This document shows positions 59,481-64,000 of a stretch of 64,000 bases of DNA, piece by piece. Below the pieces are notes generated by a model that saw only the letters and a program-made list of their open reading frames with translations, was not told where the DNA came from and did not search any database. How positions within the stretch are numbered: position 1 is the stretch's first letter; every line of letters starts with the position of its first letter. Position numbers and translations under genes: made by a program. Location of the stretch: contig CAWHXP010000008.1 in assembly GCA_963833425.1 (NCBI GenBank), forward strand, positions 532,578 to 596,577, written 5' to 3'. This DNA is from an uncultured Methanosarcinaceae archaeon (GTDB lineage: Archaea > Halobacteriota > Methanosarcinia > Methanosarcinales > Methanosarcinaceae).

Positions 59481-60266
59481 ATGAATAACCCACTGCAAAA
59501 AATAAGAGAAACAAAACCGCTGATACATCATATTACTAACTGGGTTACCATTTATGATTGCGCAAATATAACAAGAGCTTGGGGGGCACTTCCTATGATG
59601 GCGCATTCCCCCGAGGAATGCATAGATATGACAGCGATTTCATCTGCGCTTGTAATTAACATCGGAACTTTGACATCTGGAATCATTGATGCAATGATAC
59701 TCTCGGCTTCTTCTGCAAATGAAAAGAAAATTCCTATAATATTTGATGCAGTCGGCGTTGGCTCAACTAAATTTAGAGATGAAATGGCTGCAAAAATTCT
59801 TGATTCCGTCCACATCGATATTATTAAAGGTAACTACTCTGAAGTTGCAAAATTGGCAGGTGAAATCACTGAAACAAGAGGTGTGGAATCAACTCCCATC
59901 AACGTTGATCCTGAAAAAGTAGCAAAAGAACTTGCAAAATCAAAATCCTCTATTGTAGTGATGACAGGAAAAGAAGATATAATAAGTGATGGGGAAAATA
60001 TATATATTATACGGAATGGAAACAATCTAATGGGGTCAATTGTTGGTACTGGATGTATGGCCGCATCAGTAATAGGTGTATTTGCTTCGATTAATCCCAA
60101 TTATTACGATGCATCTAAAGACGCTTTATGCTACTTTGGAGTTGCAGGAGAACTCGCAGCTGAGAAATCAAATGGACCTGGAAGTTTTATTGTCAATTTG
60201 TACGACATAGTTTTCAATCTTTCAGATGAGAAAGTAAAAAATATGATGGATTTTGAAGAAAAGTAA
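59481..60266 (+). CDS. thiM: Hydroxyethylthiazole kinase
   Basis: [24 protein letters not shown] and VGTGC; start ATG 59481 after GGAG. Confidence 0.96.
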   Translation: MNNPLQKIRETKPLIHHITNWVTIYDCANITRAWGALPMMAHSPEECIDMTAISSALVINIGTLTSGIIDAMILSASSANEKKIPIIFDAVGVGSTKFRDEMAAKILDSVHIDIIKGNYSEVAKLAGEITETRGVESTPINVDPEKVAKELAKSKSSIVVMTGKEDIISDGENIYIIRNGNNLMGSIVGTGCMAASVIGVFASINPNYYDASKDALCYFGVAGELAAEKSNGPGSFIVNLYDIVFNLSDEKVKNMMDFEEK

Positions 60267-60330
60267 GTTTAGACGAAGAAACTCTTCAATCTACTATGCG
60301 ATTAGAAAAAAATTCGAGGCTTTCATTATC

Positions 60331-60500
60331 GGGATCGCTGAAACTCCCTCAACTCTACTTGCAAACGATACAGAGGGTTCAATAAACATATGATTTAACG
60401 AGTTAATTACGTACCATTTGTAAGCAAACTACGAAATATGAATTTAATGAAATCCTTGAATCATGCGCCAGTAGAATTAATGGTAAGTTTTAGCGATCCC
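60331..60500. mobile_element. MITE-like element (170 bp) between thiM and thiE
   Basis: 15-bp TIRs GGGATCGCTGAAACT / AGTTTTAGCGATCCC (14 of 15 match); no ORF; no clear TSD. Confidence 0.7.
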
Positions 60501-60581
60501 CAAAAATCTCAAAAATTCTAATAAAAAGAAATTTAGGAAAACATGGTTTTAAAAAATATATTCTGATGGAAACAGAAAGCT

Positions 60582-61289
60582 ATGGAAAAAGGGAATCCAA
60601 AACAGAAAAAAAAATTCTTAAAATATATTGACTTTTATCTTGTGACAGATTCCAGACTCTCAAAGAAAGGAACTTTATCTGACGTCAAGGAAGCAGTTGA
60701 GGCAGGATGTCAGATTATTCAGTACCGAGAAAAAAATAAGAGTGAAAAAAAAATGATCTCTGAAGCATCCGAAATCAAGAGAATATGCAAGAACAAAGCA
60801 AAATTTTTGGTTAATGATAGGATTGATATCGCTTTAGCAGTTGATGCAGATGGCGTACATTTAGGTCAAAACGATATGCCAATTGAAATTGCGAGAAAGC
60901 TTATGGGCGACGATAAGATAATTGGTCTTACTGTCCATAATGTTGATGAAGCAATAGAGGCAGAAAATAAGGGAGCTGATTACATTGGTCTGGGTCCTAT
61001 ATTTGACACTTCTACCAAAAAAGACGCTGGAGGGGGAATTGGTCCTAATAAAATAAGAGAAATCAAAAATTCAATAAGAATCCCTGTAGTTGCTATTGGT
61101 GGAATAAACATGGAGAACTGCGAGAGCGTTATTCGGAATGGAGCTGACTGCTTAGCTGCAATCAATGCAGTGGTATGTAGCGATGATGTAAAAAGTGAAA
61201 CTAAAAAATTTATAGATAACATCCGGAGAATAAAAATCTCGCGGGATCATTCAATTGAACGGATAAACCCAAACAGTGAAGTTATTTAA
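60582..61289 (+). CDS. thiE: Thiamine-phosphate synthase
   Basis: [27 protein letters not shown] and VAIGGI. Confidence 0.96.
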   Translation: MEKGNPKQKKKFLKYIDFYLVTDSRLSKKGTLSDVKEAVEAGCQIIQYREKNKSEKKMISEASEIKRICKNKAKFLVNDRIDIALAVDADGVHLGQNDMPIEIARKLMGDDKIIGLTVHNVDEAIEAENKGADYIGLGPIFDTSTKKDAGGGIGPNKIREIKNSIRIPVVAIGGINMENCESVIRNGADCLAAINAVVCSDDVKSETKKFIDNIRRIKISRDHSIERINPNSEVI

Positions 61290-61302
61290 ACACTCCTTGA
61301 AC

Positions 61303-62157
61303 GGTTCCGTTGCAAAAAATTCAAAAAAATATGTAAATCTATAAGTGATGAATAAAAATCAGAATATTCAAGGAAAATGCACTAACATTATAAAACTATG
61401 TCAAACAATCGATTATTGTATTTGACTTCATTAAGAACAGAGTAATTTAAATTATTGACTTGTCTCTTTTTAATCATATTCATAGCTTCAATTCCTTTTA
61501 AAGTCTTATTAGCAGATCGAAAAGACTGAAATCCTAACATTGGATTAACGATTCGCTTTATAGATCTGTGACCTTGTTCTATAATGTTATTCAAATACTT
61601 GATTTGTCGAATGCCTACGTTCTTAAGTAGTATTTTATCAATTTTTAGTTTATCTATAGCATGTGGATAAGCTGGATTCTTATCAACGGTTGTTAATCTT
61701 GGAATTTGATTATGATTAGAACTTAAAGCTTTCTTAAAGAATCTCTTCGCTGCCTTTCTATCTCATTTTGAACTTAACATGAAATCAATTGTATCTCCAT
61801 TTGAGTCAACTGCTCGGTAAAAATATTCCCATTTATCTTTTACTTTGATATAGGTTTCATCAACTCTCCACGAATCATTTATTGGTCTTAAATGTCTTCT
61901 TATCTTCTTTTCTATTTCAGGGGAATATTGATGTACCCATCTCATGATTGTTGTATGGTCGACTTTTATTCCCCTTTCTGCCATCATTTCCTTTAAATTT
62001 CTATAACTTAATGCATATTTTAAGTACCATCTTACATTTAATAGGATAATTTCCCCTTCATAATGCTTCCATTTAAAGGAATTAGATAGCATGTTACTAT
62101 CTTTGGTTTTCTTTTTATTCAATTGTATTAGTAGAAAGGATTTTTTGCGATGGAACC
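61303..62157 (-). mobile_element. IS6-family insertion sequence; transposase 62092..61388 with one in-frame TGA at 61763-61765
   Basis: TIRs GGTTCC(G/A)T(T/C)GCAAAAAAT; motifs WRVDETYIKV and NNIIEQGHR; flanks do not match, so no TSD. Confidence 0.93.
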
Positions 62158-62193
62158 CCAATTCTTGATATACTCTGGAACGAATTAAATTAC

Positions 62194-63159
62194 ATGAATC
62201 TGGAGAAAACCGCAGGAGAAAGTGATTGCACGGGACGAATATACTCCGATATAACAGAGACAATAGGTAACACACCGCTTGTCCGGTTGAACCACATGAC
62301 AAAAGGTCTACATGCTGATGTGGTGGTTAAACTTGAGTCTTTTAACCCACTGGGGAGTGTAAAGGATAGGATTGGATTGGCAATGATCAAGGGAGCCGAA
62401 TGCGATGGTAAAATTAAATCTGGCACTATAATAGTTGAAGCAACTAGCGGTAACACTGGGATAGCGCTTGCAGGCGTATGCGCTGCCCGTGGCTATAAGC
62501 TTATACTGGTCATGCCTGAGACAATGACCATCGAAAGAAGAAAACTGTTGCAAGCTATGGGGGCAGATATCATCCTGACACCCGGGAGAGAAGGAATGAA
62601 AGGTGCCGTCAGTACAGCAGAGCAAATAGCTGCAGAAGATCCGATGCTTTATTTCATGCCCAAGCAATTTCAAAATCCTGAAAACCCTGAAATCCATCGC
62701 AGAACGACTGCCGAAGAAATATGGAAAGATACTGACGGCAAGGTGGATGTGCTTGTAGCAGGTGTAGGAACAGGCGGAACGATTACAGGCGTCGCAGGCG
62801 TCATCAAAAAAAGGAAACCTACTTTCAAGGTAGTTGCAGTCGAACCTGCAGAGTCTCCAGTTCTCAGCGGAGGAAGTCCGGGATTCCATAGGATCCAAGG
62901 CATTGGTTCAGGGTTCATTCCGGCTGTACTTCGGCTTGACTTGGTTGATGAAATAATTAAGGTAACTGGAGACGATGCAGCTGCTACGGCCAAAAAATTA
63001 GCAAGAAACGAAGGCATACTTGCAGGCATATCTTCAGGTGCAGCTACATATGCGGCACTGCAAGTTGCTTCCAGAGAAAAAATGAGTGGGAAAATGATTG
63101 TTGTAATCTTGCCAGATACGGGAGAACGTTATCTGAGTACCAATCTATTTGACGATTGA
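62194..63159 (+). CDS. cysK: Cysteine synthase A (O-acetylserine sulfhydrylase)
   Basis: [36 protein letters not shown] and [10 protein letters not shown]. Confidence 0.97.
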   Translation: MNLEKTAGESDCTGRIYSDITETIGNTPLVRLNHMTKGLHADVVVKLESFNPLGSVKDRIGLAMIKGAECDGKIKSGTIIVEATSGNTGIALAGVCAARGYKLILVMPETMTIERRKLLQAMGADIILTPGREGMKGAVSTAEQIAAEDPMLYFMPKQFQNPENPEIHRRTTAEEIWKDTDGKVDVLVAGVGTGGTITGVAGVIKKRKPTFKVVAVEPAESPVLSGGSPGFHRIQGIGSGFIPAVLRLDLVDEIIKVTGDDAAATAKKLARNEGILAGISSGAATYAALQVASREKMSGKMIVVILPDTGERYLSTNLFDD

Positions 63160-64000
63160 CATTTGGAGATTTCAAATGGGAATCAGGAAGATACAAGGAC
63201 AGTTTTTGAAAAAGATCCTGCAGCAAGGTCTACTTTGAAGGTGATGTGTTGTTATCCAATGATGTGTGATGGCTGAATTAATCTATTATCTCACTTTACC
63301 TGGGGAAAACACTTTTTTCTTGCGCGTTAACTATAACATTTTCCAGAACGCTTACAGAGATTCATCCAGGAGCAAAGCTAGGAAAGCGGGCGTTTATTAT
63401 TATGGATATGGAGGGGTAATTGGAGAAACTGATGGAGTAGACGATGATGTTCTCATATACATGGGGGTACTTGGTGGAACAGTTCCTGATAGAATAAAGC
63501 GTTATTCTACTGTTGAAAACGACGTGGTTCTAGGTTCAGTCGTAATAGTACTTGGGCAAATTACTATCGGAAAGGTGCTAAAGTAGGTGCATGCTAGATT
63601 GTGATCCGATCAGTTCCTCCAGAAGCTACATTTGTGGGAATACCGGCCAGAGTTGCAGAGCCACAGTTTCTATATCTGCAGGTCAACTGAATCGCGATAA
63701 GTTACCTGATCCAGTGCTTTCTTTAGCAAGCCCGATGCCTGACAGGTTAAACCGGCTAGAAGAACAGGCTCATGCACCAAATTATACACTTTGCACAGAA
63801 TACCTTTACAAAAACAGTTCCAAAAAAAGATGAACAAATTTAACCATGCTGAAACAAGTAATCTACCTGAGGTCTGAATAAATATTGCCAGATGGGTATG
63901 GCTAAAAAAGTAATTGTGGATGGAGCAAATGTAGACGTAAACCTTGTGTTGACAACAAATATTTGTCCTATGGTTAAATTTCTCAAGGACCAAGCAAAGC
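63156..64000 (+). pseudogene. cysE: Serine O-acetyltransferase, with a C-terminal DUF59/SufT-like Fe-S assembly domain, decayed
   Basis: [44 protein letters not shown] and KLPDPV, followed by KKVIVDGANVDVNLVLTTNICPMV; several frameshifts and stops. Confidence 0.8.

Overview
This is archaeal chromosomal DNA, most consistent with Methanosarcina or a close relative: it carries chromatin protein MC1, the rpl7ae-rps28e-rpl24e-ndk-infB-rps6e operon, purS/purQ, archaeal dtdA and archaeal-type IS elements. The main feature is genome erosion. By my own count, intact CDSs total about 24 kb of 64 kb (about 38%). The rest is AT-rich spacer holding at least 10 recognisable gene relics (response regulator, arylsulfatase, GT4, flippase, FmdE, acyltransferase, ABC permease, pentapeptide protein, wHTH regulator, cysE-DUF59) and decayed IS5, IS6, IS200 and MITE elements, while core genes are clean. 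The accessory genes that stayed intact are therefore the most informative: a SAM-methyltransferase/ATP-grasp fusion, a divergent glutamate decarboxylase plus C-N hydrolase pair, four glycosyltransferases, and a secreted protein of eleven in-phase 11-aa Asn/Gly/Tyr-rich repeats that sits between diverged direct repeats. I recognised no tRNA, rRNA or CRISPR array. All family assignments come from motif recognition by eye, not from database searches.
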